64,000 nucleotides of DNA from Paragordius varius. Lineage: Eukaryota > Animalia > Nematomorpha. Numbering within the stretch: position 1 is the first letter of the stretch; each line of letters opens with the position of its first letter. The notes beneath the pieces were generated by a model. That model worked only from the letters and a program-made list of their open reading frames with translations, was not told the origin of the DNA and did no database searches. Where the stretch lies: positions 1,736,001 to 1,800,000 of the forward strand of contig OZ176059.1 in assembly GCA_964247055.1 (NCBI GenBank). Direction: 5' to 3'. The position numbers were made by a program, and so were the translations under genes. Shown here piece after piece: positions 12,262 through 25,456 of this stretch.

Positions 12262-13746
12262 CTAATAAACAGGTATATAAGGGCGACGAGTAGTAATTGG
12301 TGGTCTTCGAGTCGTTCTACGAGTTGGATACCTTGTTCGACGAGTAGGAGGTCGAGTAGGTCTAGTACGCCTCGTTACAGGTGGCGGATTACATTCACAC
12401 AGCGGGCAACCGAACTCATCCAAAACATTTCCATATTCACAGAATATAAGGCAAACTGGTCCACACGTTGGTCTATAAACTAAACGAAAAAATGGAAAAA
12501 TGTATAAAATGTACAGTAAGAATCGAAAAATGTAAAGAAATTGAAATTGAAGTAGTAACGTTGGTCTATAATCTAAATGAATAAATAGTAAATAACACTA
12601 AAGAATCGATATAAATTTTTTTAGAGATTTAGTAAGGTTTTTTTATAAACTAAACGAAAAAATGGAAAAATGTATAAAATGTACAGTAAGAATCAAAAAA
12701 TGTAATGAATTTTCGAAATTATAAGTTTTTTTTATAATTTAAAAGAATGAGTAAATAGTAATAAAGAATTTTCGAAATTTAGTAAATTTTTTATATAATC
12801 TAAACGAATAAGTAAAAAATGCAAAGAAAAAGTACAGTAAGAATCGAAAAATGTAAAGAGTTTCCGAAATTTAATAAGGTGTTTTTATGAACTAAATACG
12901 CGAAAGAAAAAGTACACTAAAGAATTGAAAGATGTAAAGAAATTGAAGTCGTATTTTTTGAAAAAAGAATTAAATAAAGTCCGGTGATGAAATAAAATTT
13001 TTCTAAGATAATGACATTAATATTACCCTGATTTTTATGCCATTAATATATTAATGGGAAATGGTTTAAGCAGTTTTCAGTCGATTAGAGTTTAATACTT
13101 CAACGCTTTTGAAAAAAGAGAAGGATGTGAAAATGTTAAATATTTAAAAGCTTAGCAGGCATATTTGATAAAATAAATTAAGCAGAAAACTATTTAAAAA
13201 AACAAAAAAGGAGTATTTTTAACGGATAACCGAAATTTTATCATTGTGCAGACGATATGTACACGCAATTACTATAATAAAATATATTTTATTTATAATT
13301 TGGGCAAAAATATATTGATAAAAAAAATTTATATTAATTTATATTTAAGTTTGACAATGACTTGTAGTGTAATCGAAAATTCACTTTAATAAATCCATAT
13401 AATTATTGCTGAATTATAATAAATCCCATTACAAATTTTATAAAAATTAAGATTAGAGATGGAAATTTTTATAAAAAGTAACGAATAGAGATAGAAATTA
13501 TTAAATACACTCAATCATATTATTTTAAATTGTAATATGGGTATGCAAGAAATATCAAGTTTTTAAAATAATTTTGCGTTAATTAATCTGTATCTTTTGT
13601 TTGTTTGATTACAATTAATTTTAACTAAAATTTAAACTAAATTATAATTTTTTAAAGTCAAAGTTAATTTATATATCTAAACTTGTTCGGGCCGTTATAG
13701 AATTGGCAGCAAGAACCAGGAAAAAAATAATCAAGATATTCCGCAT
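12262..13746 (-). CDS. Secreted antistasin-family peptide, 93 aa; exon 1 13746-13683, exon 2 12479-12262
   Basis: Translation MRNILIIFFLVLAANSITART-I-YRPTCGPVCLIFCEYGNVLDEFGCPLCECNPPPVTRRTRPTRPPTRRTRYPTRRTTRRPPITTRRPYIPVY*. Hydrophobic signal-peptide-like exon; GT donor (13682) and AG acceptor (12481-12480) in matching phase 1; six-Cys CxxxCxxxCxxGxxxDxxGCxxCxC antistasin pattern; both exons are GC-rich islands. Confidence 0.8.
12480..12960 (-). repeat. Tandem duplications of the acceptor region of the antistasin-like gene
   Basis: Units such as ctataaactaaacgaaaaaatggaaaaatgtataaaatgtacagtaagaatcgaaaaatgtaaag recur about 5 times; cgttggtctataa (exon start) is repeated at ~12559. Confidence 0.75.
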
Positions 13747-14829
13747 ATTTAGGATTTTTTGAAAGGATTTTTATTGCACTGGTGAAGAGAAAAATAGGAA
13801 TAGAAAAGGTTTTAAACAATCAGTTGTTTTTTAAAGTTTATAATTATTCTTTGCAAGAAAAATATTAAATAAGAGAACAAAATAATTTTTTTGATGTACA
13901 ATTAACAGTAAGTCAGTCCTTTATATACCTTTTCAGCATGTTAAAAACGGTCAAAAAAGGTCAAAAACTTTTAAAAGTTGATAATTGGTTAATTTGAATA
14001 TGTCGCGACATAGGTTAAAACCTATTTAATTCTTCTTTTTTTCGTTCAATTTAAAATTTAACCGTGCCTCTGGTTTTTTAATTGAGTTACTTTTTAACAG
14101 AGAAAAATTTAAATACCAAAGTTTTTTTGAAAAAAAGTATCCTTTGGAAAGGTCAAAACCAATTAACAAGTCTAATTATAATAAGTTTTAAAATATAATT
14201 TATATTTTATATTAAGGTAACCAATTTAGTATCCATTTATATTATAAAATATATCTCATAAAACTATTAAAATAAATGTTTTATACTAAAAACTTTAAAG
14301 AGACTGATGAAAATTATTACCCGAATTCTTTAATCAAATTTAATTTACAGTAAAAATGAAATTATACGGTTAAAACGTGTAAATATAAAGACAAATATTT
14401 TTTTCTAAAAGACAACCCCATATAGTCCTAATTTTTTTTAAAAATAAAACTCTCATTGTTTTAAAGCAGGAAATAAAGATATAAATTGATTAAACAACAA
14501 GCAATTTATGTAGTATTTGAATTGTATTTAAATTATTTTAATTGAATGAATTTTAAGGTTTAAAAAAGTATCATAGAAAAATGTGTCTATATATTTTTAC
14601 ACCCGCTGTCATAGTTGAAAAGGCGCCTGTCAGAATTTTTTAAAAAATTTTAATTTTGTTTTTAAAAAAATAGGTATACAAAGTTATATATGTATTATAT
14701 TAAATAATACATAATGATATTACCCATTTTTATGAGTGGTCTCATAACCAAGTAGTTTAAATTTGATCATTTCTTTAAAATCAAGCAAAGGAATGCTTGG
14801 ATGGAAAATAAGGCGCCATCACGAATAAT

Positions 14830-16860
14830 TCACCCTTGAACAGAATTCAAATTCACCCTTATAGCCTTTAAATTCACCCTTGAACATCAAAATCACCCTT
14901 AAACCATTTAAATTTATCCTTAAAAAATCAAAATCATCCAAGTTTACCCTTGAATAGAATTAAAATTCACCCTTAAACCATATAAATTGATCATCCTCAC
15001 AAAATTTAAAATCACCCTTAAATCATTTAAATTCACCCTTTAACAGAATTCAAATTCACCCCTATAGCCTTTAAATTCACCCTTGAACAGAATTCAAATT
15101 CACCCTTAAACCATTTAAATTTATCCTTAAAAAAATCAAAATCATCCAAGTTTACCCTTGAATAGAATTAAAATTCACCCTTAAACCATATAAATTGATC
15201 GTACTCACAAAATTGAAAATCACCCTTGAACGATTCAATATCACCCCTTGAACGATTCCAATTCAACTTATTAAACACTTCAAACTCACCCCCTTGAACT
15301 ATTCAAAATCTCCCTTAAACCATTTAAATTCACCCTTAAATCATTTAAATTCACCCTTGAATAGAATTTAAATTTACCCTAAAACAATTTAAAACCACCT
15401 TTAACCATTTAAATTTACCATTTAAATAATTTAAATTCACCCTTGAACAGGATTCAAAATCATCCTAATATCATTTAAATTTATCCTCAAAAAATCAAAA
15501 TCATTCAATTGTACCCTTAAATAGAATTAAAACTCACCCTTAAACCATATAAATTTATCCTCACAAAATTTAAAATTACCCTTGAATAATTCAAATTGAC
15601 CCTCACAGAATTCAAAATCATACTTAAACAATTCAAAATCACCCCTTAAACCATTTAAATTCACCCTTGAACAAAATTCAAACTCACCCCCTTAAACACT
15701 TCAAAATCACCCTTAAACTATTCAAAATCCCCCTTGAACCATTTAAATTCACCCTTGAACCATTCAAAACCCCTCTTAAATCATTTAAATTCACCCTTGA
15801 TCCATTTAAATTCACCCTTTAACAATTCAATTCACCCTTAAACCATATGAATTTATCCTAACAAAATTTAAAATCACCCTTAAACCATTTAAATTTATCC
15901 TCAGAAAATTCAAAATCCCCCTAATTTAAAATGACCCTCACAAAATTTAAATTCACCCTTAAACCATTTAAATTTACCCTTAAACTGAATTCAAAATCAC
16001 CATTAAACCAAAATCACCCTTGAACAGAATTTTTATTCACCCTTGAACCATTTAAATTTACCCTTAAATTTAAATTCACCCTTGAACTGAATTCATCCCT
16101 TAAACCATTTATATTTATCCTCAGAAAATTTAAAATCACCCTTGAACAATTCAAATTTACCCTTAAACAATTCAAAATCACCCACAATCAAATTTATCTA
16201 ACAGTCTTTGAACTTAACCTTAAACCATTTAAAATCACCCTGAACAATTTAAAATCTCTCTTAAACCATTTAAATTTATCCTCACAAAATTCAAATCACC
16301 CCTGAACAATTCAAATTTATCCTCAAAAAATTCGAAATCACCCTTGAAAAATTCAAGTTTACCCTTAAATAGAATTAAAACTCACCCTTTAACCATATAA
16401 ATTCATCCTCACAAAATTCAAATTTACCCTTAAAGCCTTTAAATTCACCCGTGAACAGAATTTTATATCACCCTTAAATTTAAATTTACCCTCAAAAAAT
16501 TCAAAATCACCCTTAAACCATTCAAATTTACCCTTAAACCATTTAAAACCACCCTTAAATAATTCAAATTCACCGTTAAACCATTTAAATTTAGCCTCAT
16601 GGAATTCAACATCACCCTTAAACAATATCCTTGAAATAATTCTCCATCAATCAAAATATATGTTGTTTAAGATTAAAAAATGTTTTTATATAATTTTAAA
16701 TGATATAAATTTTGTTTTAAATTAAAATAATACTAAAAAAATAATAAATTATGTCGTAAAATATATGTCAGATGAATGATGAGTATATTAGCACCCCAAA
16801 AACATATAATTTATTTTTAGGGGGAATATTAATTTATACAAAGGTAAAATTAAACTCTAT
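14830..16860. repeat. ~21-bp minisatellite (AAATTCACCCTTAAACAATTC-like, 14830-16640) forming the expanded arm of a family F foldback element
   Basis: Dozens of degenerate ~21-23 bp units, followed by the family F core (aataataaattatgtc..tgatgagt..atattagc) that is also seen at 44100-44280 and 58420-58610. Confidence 0.85.
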
Positions 16861-17267
16861 ATATATATATATATATATACAGTATGCATGTTAATGCTGC
16901 TTGATTTATAACATAGTTGTCAATAACACAGTAGTATAGAAAAAAGTAACAAAATGGTGAAAATAAACTAAACCTCCATTTTTGATTATCTTACATACTT
17001 TGTTTAAATCATTATGGACGAAGTTTTTTTAGTAACCCATGTTAGTGTGCTACAAATTGACCAAAATTAATACCCATTTAAATGTCCATAAAAATTAAGA
17101 AAAATTTTAATTATACAGTAAAAATTGAAATTATGCTACGGATAAAACAACGAGCTAGTCCTCATTAACCAAATAAAAAAATACCGAAATTTCGCTATAA
17201 AGTTTTTGAATAAAAGCTGAATTGTTTTTAGAAAATACTTGCAATAAATACTTTATCACATGATTAA

Positions 17268-17831
17268 AACTTCGATTCAAATTGGGGCATCTAAATACCC
17301 CAATTGTTAGTATTTTTAAAATGCTACTGAAAGGAGCGTTCGCAATTTAAATTTATGCTACTCTCCTAATAAAAATTATATAAATATGCCAAAATATCCA
17401 AATAAAATTTTGTTTTGAAAAAATATTCCATGTCAAACTGCTTCAACGCCATTTTTATTTACAAAATTTTTGTAAAATATAATCTTCATTTAATTTTAAG
17501 GGTAAATTAAAGTTATTTTTTTTAATTTAAATTACATCTAACATTAATAGAAATATAAAAAGCGGTTTACATTGTATTATTTTTCAATTTTATCAATAAA
17601 CACATGTCACGTTCAAAATTTTTTATTCGGTTTTAGCTTAAAATAAGTAATATCAAGAGTTATTGAATAAAATTTCTTATGGTCGGTTTATTAATGTTAT
17701 ATAAGTGCAAAATTTTGCCATGGTTTCGATTCCTTCCATATTTTTTAAAGAATTAATTTTAAACAGTCCTGAGGTATTCAACTACCGCAATTTGATGCGA
17801 AGGACTAAAATGAATGTGTTGTATCCAAGTG
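17268..17831 (-). mobile_element. Family A MITE with TTAA target-site duplication
   Basis: TTAA at 17264-17267 and 17832-17835; reverse complement of the 4599-5162 copy. Confidence 0.85.
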
Positions 17832-19333
17832 TTAATAGCAAAATATTGTTATGCGTACTCCCTACTATTTTTAGGTGTGATAGACACAGTATAACAACGC
17901 TTTTAGATATTTGCAAAAACACTTTTTATATATAGATGTAATGACGTTTTTACCGTTTCAAAATTTTTATTTAAATGTTGAGCTGCCCTTGTTGTATTTT
18001 TTTAAAAAGACAATTGAGGCGAGCGGATATTTTATAATAAAAATTCTGAGGTGATATGTTTAGCATGGAATTTAAATAAAGTGTTTACGTACGGTATTTA
18101 TACCGTTTCTATCATGCGCAATGAAGTACGCTTGAACAAACTAAAAATAGTTTTGAAAAAAGTTGGACACTTTTAAAATACTTATAACTGATATCGAAAT
18201 TTATATTTTTGAAATATCGCGCAATCCTGGCATTTTTGCGTTTGCCCATTTTAGAAGAGAAAACAAGTTTAAGACTTTCGGAGCCCCTAATTAAAAATTA
18301 AAATTTTTCGAAGATATTGTTTTGCTTTTTATATGCAGTTTTTAATATATTTTAGTGATATTTTTTGGAATAAAGACTATAGCTTACATAAATAAATTTA
18401 TTTAAAATAATTTGGTCAAATTTTGTCATTTTCCTATATGGAGCACGTATCACAAAAGTGTAATTTTCTTTCTAAAATTATTCGTAAGAATCAAAATCAA
18501 AATCACTATTATAATCCTGATAGATTATTTTATCAGAAGGGAGGCTGTGTATAGATATTTCTGCTATATATCAATTTATTTTGGCTTAACTTTATATTAT
18601 TTTAGAATAGAAGCCTATATTTAAAATGGAACTGTGTTCTTCAGGAGTTATAAATACTATCAATCTATTTATATATGGCCCTGGTTAACCGGTTACTTAG
18701 TTATTATCGAGGTTTCAAAACTCTGTAAAATTACTATATCATTATTATTTAATATAGAAGTTTAAAACAGTTGCTTGTTTAATTCCAATGCTCTACACTA
18801 GAAAGTTGCCCACAACATGTTGGGGCGTAAAAAATGTATTGAAATAAGTGTTGATATTTAATTTAAAGAAAAAAATTATAATAGAGAAAATATTTTTGTA
18901 AATTTTGCTTGAAGTTTTGATTGATATGCCTTTGTTATAAATATTTTCGATAAATATACTAATAACCGACACTGCTATCTTGCCTTTATAAAAAATTACC
19001 ACAGTATATAAATCCTGTTAATAAAGTTTTCTGGATGATTTTAATTAAAAAGCATTTTCGTTACTTTTTTACACGCATCCTATATTTTCATTTTTTAATC
19101 ACTCTCAAATACTTTATCAAATATCTAAATATTTGTAGAAAACATTTTGCTATCTATAATTCAAATACCTTAAAAAAAGTATTTAATTTTAAAAGTATAT
19201 TTTATTAAATATTTTTAAGGCTCTTTCAAAATTTTTATTGAACCACGCTTCACATTACACTGTAAGGTTGTTTTTACCTTTCATCTGTTGCCATTTCTAC
19301 ACATTTCCTGTTATAAAGTTCAACACATCCCAA

Positions 19334-20113
19334 ATGGAAGTTGATTTGAATAAACGATCTAAAACCGGAAAGTTACTGAGGAATTATGAAATTAGTAAAG
19401 GAATCATGAGATATTCCAAATCTGCCATATTTCATCGAAGACGTCTTTTTGAAGATGGGGTTGTTCATAGTTCTCGACGTAAAGCTGATTGGGCTAAGCA
19501 TCAACAAAAGCTGAAGGAAAAAACTGAAGCTGAGCAGAAAAAAGTGGTCAAAAAACCGATTGGCGGAGAAAAAAATGGGAAAGAACGCGTTATTCAAAAG
19601 AAACAGGTTTTTTACATCAAAATTAATGATTATTATACTTTGCTTGATTTTTTATACATTCGTTTAATTATACTTTATTCTGTTACCTATTCACATATTT
19701 ACGAACCTCTTTGTCCAACTTTATTCCATTCAAATTTTGTAACCAATTTTTTAATCTTTTTTTTATCGCTATTACAAGTTTGTTAAAAACAACTTAGAAA
19801 GAAATTTAAAATATATTGTTTTATTATAATAAAAATGGATTTATTAATGAATTTCATTTCTATTTTCCCCTATTTATCAATACAAAATGTTAAATTCTAG
19901 GAATTTTTAAACTATTCTTTTGCCGGATAAGACAAAATTATTTGTTTAAAATTATTTTTTTCTTTTTGTAATCACTTTAAACAAAAAAAATTTTACATTA
20001 TTTTTTTATAAAAATAAATTTAATTTTATTAACATTATTAATATTATCTAATTCTTTCTGAAAAATCATTTTCACTCCAAATTAAAAATTAGAAACTATA
20101 TGATTTTTTTAGT

Positions 20114-20151
<38 letters not shown>

Positions 20152-23100
20152 CTTTTGATAAAATAACTTATTATTTTTTTACAATTAATTTTTATAAAAA
20201 AAAATTTAAAATTAAGAAACCATTTTAAAGTATAAAATATATGGTTTTTTACAATTGATATATATATATATATATTATATTTATTATATTTACTTTTGTA
20301 TAATAACTCATATTTATTTTATTAATATTTTTTTAAAAAATCAATTAATTTATATTAATATTTTTAAAATTTAATTTTATTAATATTATTAAAAAATTTT
20401 TATAAATATTATTTTTTAGCCACGTTCAATATCAACCGCACTGAAAAAGACGAATTACATGAAAAGACTTAATCGAAAAAAATCTCAAATCAAGAAATTC
20501 AAACCTCTAAGATCATCTCTGATTCCTGGGAAGATTTTAATTGTTTTGGCTGGTCCGTATCGCGGAAAAGTTAGTTTTTTACAGTTTTTTTTGAAAAATA
20601 AGTTTAAAGGTAATTTTTTTAAGGCAGTTTTAAAATTTATTTGTAGAATGAATTTTATAAAAAATTCAAAAAATGGTTAAAAACTATAAAATTAAAAAAA
20701 AATGGTTTAGAACTATAAAATTTGATAAAAAGGTCCCTATCGAGGAAAAGTTAGTTTGCTTAAGTTTTTTTTGTAAAATGTTTAAAGTTAATTTTATCAA
20801 AAAAGTTCAAAATTTATCTTTATATTGATATAAAATTCAAAAAAATTGGTTTAAAACTATAAATTTGATAAAAAGAAACAAATTGAAACTTTCAAGATTT
20901 TTACAAGATTCCTGGAAAGATTTTGATTGTTTTGGCTGGTGCGTATCGCGGAAAAGTTAGTTTTTTTTTTGAAAAAGTTTATGAAAAAGTTTAAAAATTT
21001 ATCTTAATTTAACTAAAATTGAAGAAATTATCTTAATTATTAAAAAATCTAAAAAATTATCTTAATTATTAAAAAATTCCAAAAAATTGTTTAAAACTAT
21101 AAAATTTGATAAAAAGGTCCGTATCGCGGGAAAGTTAGTTTTTAAACTTTTTTTTAAATTTGAAAAAATTCAAAATTTATCTTAATTTTTTAAATATTTC
21201 CAAAAAATGGTTTAAAACTATAAAATTTGATAAAAAAAGAAGAAATTTAAACCTTTAAGATCATCTCTGATTCCTGGAAAGATTTTAATTGTTCTGGTTG
21301 GTCCGTATCGCGGAAAAATTTGTTTTTTTAACTTTTTGTGTATGTGAAAAAAGTGTTTAAAAAGGTAATTTTAGCAAAAAATTGATTTTATTATTATACT
21401 ATAAAATTTGGAAAATATATATATATATATATATATATTGATTTTTTTAGAAAAAAATTAATTTCTAACTAATACCTAATTTTTTTTTCATAAGATTTTA
21501 ATTAATTCCCTTTTTGGACATTTTAAGATTAAGAAAAAAAAACCAAAAAAATTACCCTCCTATATTTTTTTACAATAAAATAAAAATATAAATGGTTAAT
21601 TATTGTTCGGCACTGCAAAATTTTGCTATAGATGGGGCCTTTAAGGAAAAGAGGGGGCGCTTTTTTTCGTGGTATAAAAAGGCGTTTTCAATATCTATAT
21701 ATATATATATATATATACCATTTTTAGTTCAAATTCACCTTTAAAAGAATTTAAATTCACCCTTAAACAATTCAAATTCAATCAATTAATAAATTATGAA
21801 GTTTCGGTTTGATATAACTAACTCATCATTATAAATATGAAATATATCTTTATGGAAAAGTTTATTATTTTTTCAGTATAATTTTGATTATATACAAAGT
21901 TTCTTTTTTTGAAAATATAAAAAAGGTAATTTTTAATCTTAAAAATTACTTAATCTATTTTAGGGTGAATTCGGATTGTTTGAAGGTGAATTTGAATTGT
22001 TTAAGGGTGAATTTGAACTGTAAATGGTATATAATCATTTTATGTAAAAATACCGCCCTCTATTAAGTTGAACAATAAACACGACAACAGTAGTGTATGT
22101 AAAAAAACGAATTTTTCCATAGTAGTGGGAATCAGTAAACCATGGTCATTTAAAAAAACAGCTGTTTTTTGAAAAAATTGCTGGTAATTTTTTGTCGAAC
22201 AGAAATAATAAAATTTTATTGTTTTCAACTAATATATTTTTTTAAAAAATATAAATTAAATGTTTAATGTTTAAATATGCTTTTTTAACAATATATTGTT
22301 AAACATGCATCGTTATAACATTAGATTTAACAGTTATTTCTGAAAACCAAAACAATATTAAGCACTTTGCAAAACCATATGCAATTATTGCATATATGTG
22401 AACCGCCAATATTTTGAAAAAACACATTTTATAAATGGATATTTCAATAACGAAAGAAACTATAGATTAAATTTTATTTGAAATATCCAGTAGTAATTAA
22501 AGTTCCATGTATTTTAAGATTTAAAAAAATTTATTTAAACACAAAATTGTTGATTGATTTAAAATATTTGTAAATAATAATTACTATTAAAAAAATCTAA
22601 ACTTTTTAGAAAAAACTTGACAAAATTAGTGAAACAAACGCAAGTGTTGTACGAGAACATTATTTTCACAATTTAATAAATATCGCATGATATACCATTT
22701 ACAATTCAAATTCACTCTAAAAATAAATTATGAAATTTTAGACAGCTAATATAACTCATCATTATGATTTAATATATCTTTATGGCAAAGATTATTATTA
22801 CCTTTCAGTATTATTTAAATTTAAAACAAATTTATATATTTTTTAAAAAATATATAAGTAATTTTTAATCTTAAATAACATGATTTTATTTGAGGGTGAA
22901 TCTAAATTGTTCGAGGGTGAATTTCCAATGTTCAAGGGTGTGAATATTAATTGTTTAAGGGTAAATTTGAATAATTCAAGGTTTAATTACAATTATTCAA
23001 GGTTGTTTAAGGATTAATTTTAATTGTACGAGAGTAAATTTTAATTATTCAAGGGTGAATTTCAATTATTCAAATTTATATATGAATATTTATACCCTTT

Positions 23101-25456
23101 CCTTAATTATAAACTAAAATAATTTTAATTTATTCCTTGATAACATTATTAACCAATATTTGAATTTTTTTTCAACACTTTTTATACTTTTAGCGGGTCG
23201 TATTCCTAGATCGCCTGCCCTCAGGATTATTACTTATAACCGGTCCTTACCGGCTTAACGGGTGTCCACTACGTCGGGTTCATCCTACCCGGGTTATAGC
23301 TACCACGGAACATATACCCGGTTTTGAGCGATCAGCTGTTTTTAGCGGTATTTTTAGCGGTCCCGATCAGCTGACCGAATCAGCTGATGCTGAACGAGCC
23401 TTTTTCATGAGACGCGGAGGGGGAAACATGAAAAAGACAAAAGCCAATAAAGTTAAACAAGAAGAAGATATCTTTGAAACAGCTGATGGAAAAAAGGTCA
23501 GTTATAGCGGAAAGCTTTTTAAGGTTTTAAGAAATTTAATGAGTTTAAAGAAAAAAAAGTTTTGGGAATTTTTTTTTGATTTTTTTAGGAAATTTAAAGA
23601 TTTTTTAGTCATAAATATAAGAGACTGTTTTTAGGAAATTTTTATTTAGATATTTAGCTATAATTTTTTGATTTATAAGAGCGTTTTTTAAGAAATATAG
23701 TTTTTTTATGTAATTTTAAAGATTTTTTGATTTAGTAACTATAAGAGAGCATTTTTTAAGAAATTTAAAGATTGATTAAATAATTTTTGATTTAGTAACT
23801 TTAAGAGAGCGTTTTTTAAGAAATTTAAATTTTTTGATTTAGTAAATATAAGATAGCGTTTTTTAAGGAATTTTAATTGATTAAACATTTTTTAGTTTTT
23901 ATACATAAAGATTGGTTTTTAAGAAATATAGTTTTTTATGAAATTTAAAAGATTTTTTGATTTAGTAACTATAAGAGAGCGTTTTTAAGAAATTTAAATT
24001 AAATCCAAATTTTAAAGATGTTTTAGTAATATTAAATAGATTGCGATCAATTTTAGAATAATCAAGAATCATTTTTCAAAAAAAATGATTTATATCTTTG
24101 AAACAGCTGATGGAAAAAAGGTCAGTTATAGCGGAAAGCTTTTTTAAAAATTTAATGAGTGGGGGGGGGGAATTTAGATTTTTAGTTATAATTTTTTGAT
24201 TTAGTAACTATGAGAGAGCGTATTTTAAAAAATTAAGATTTGATAGTTTTAAAAGTTTTTTACGAAAATTAGAATTTTAGCTATAATTTTTTAATTTAGT
24301 AAATAAAGGGAGCATTTTTCTAAGAAATTTAAATTTTTTAAAGATTTTTTAGTTTTTATAGATAAGTGAGCGTTTTTTAAGAATTTTTAAAGATTTTATA
24401 GTATAAATATAAGTGAGCGTTTTTTAAGAAATTTAGAGATTTTTTAGTTTTTTGGGTTTTTTGATTTAGTAACTATAAGAGAGCGTAAGAAATTTAAATT
24501 GATTAAACATTTTTAGTATGCATAAATAAAGATTGGTTTATATTTTACCTTATTATATTTATAAAAAAAATGTAAACTTTTAAGAGTAAGATTTATTTTA
24601 AACGATGGAATTGAATTACGATATTTTTAACACTCCAGGTGTTAATAAAAAAAGATTAGTTATTTGGGAAATTTTTAAGAAATTTAATAAGTTTAGGAAT
24701 ATTATAAACAAATTTAAATGGTTTTTTGATTTTTTTAAGACAGGAAGAATTATGTAGTTGATATATATATATATATATATTTAATTTTGTTTTATTTAGT
24801 TATATTTTGATTATATTATATTATGAGAATTATATAATTTTTAATAATAAAGATTTATTTAAATTAAAGTTGGAATAATATATGTGAGGGGTTGATTATT
24901 TTAGGAAATTTTTTTAGGAATCATGAATTTAGAAATTTTATAAACAATTAATTTAAATGGTTGATTTTTTTAAGACAGAAAGAATTATATTATTTGTTAA
25001 ATTTAGTTATATTTTGATATATATTATATGTTTCATAACTTAAATTTTTTAATAAAAATTCATTAAATAGGTTGGAATACTATATATAAGGTGTTGATTA
25101 TTTAGAAAATTTTATTTTTAGGAATCATGAGTTTACTTTTGTTATTTTAAAATTTATGACAATTGTCTATATTATATTTTAGTCGACAATTTTTTTAAAA
25201 AAATTATAAAATTTTAAATAATTATAAATATAATTAACTTTTTATCGAAACTTTTTTATTTTATTCATACACACAGAATAAGGAACCGCTCCCAGAAGCC
25301 AGAAAAGAAATTCAAAAAGCTATCGATAACCGAATCTTAGATCTTATAAATGGCGCTATAACTGAAAACCCTTTGGATAGTCAATTTTTAAAGCGGTATC
25401 TTAGCTTACCATTTGCCCTAAAGAGTGGACAATACCCACATACCATGGTCTTTTGA
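19334..25456 (+). CDS. RPL6: 60S ribosomal protein L6 (eL6), 301 aa; exons 19334-19606, 20420-20569, 23194-23496, 25277-25456
   Basis: Spliced motifs [21 protein letters not shown]|[29 protein letters not shown] and the C-terminal [19 protein letters not shown]; all introns GT-AG, phase 0. Confidence 0.92.
20570..21330 (+). repeat. Tandem duplications of the RPL6 exon 2 3' end plus donor (echoes at 20732-20749, 20908-20955, 21116-21133, 21240-21317)
   Basis: GGTCC.TATCG.GG.AAA|GTTAGT and the following intron sequence (..ggtttaaaactataaaatttgataaaaa) recur four times. Confidence 0.9.
21718..22027. mobile_element. Family F foldback MITE (TA|CCATTT..AAATGG|TA); further copies 22695-23075, 33109-33370, 36375-36850, 40700-41004, 43890-44378, 58368-58643, 61800-62105; isolated reverse arms 35165-35265, 58015-58138
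   Basis: Inverted arms are built from AAATTCACCCTT(A/G)AACAATTC units around a shared AT-rich core; TA on both sides at 33109/33370. Confidence 0.75.
22130..22695. mobile_element. Internal fragment of the element at 45522-46459
   Basis: Collinear similarity to 45845-46365 (gctgttttttgaaaaaattgctggtaa ... gaacattattttca..aatatcgcatg). Confidence 0.7.
23497..24560 (+). repeat. Tandem repeats at the start of RPL6 intron 3, including one echo of the exon 3 end plus donor (24093-24145)
   Basis: Unit tttttgatttagtaactataagagagcgttttttaagaaattt recurs more than 10 times; atctttgaaacagctgatggaaaaaag|gtcagttatagcggaaagc is repeated at 24094. Confidence 0.85.

Noticed and set aside
16389-16654. ORFs with periodic F/K/G/E or V/N/L content (also 36353-36895)
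   Set aside because: They are translations of the 21-bp satellite; a unit length divisible by three keeps frames open.
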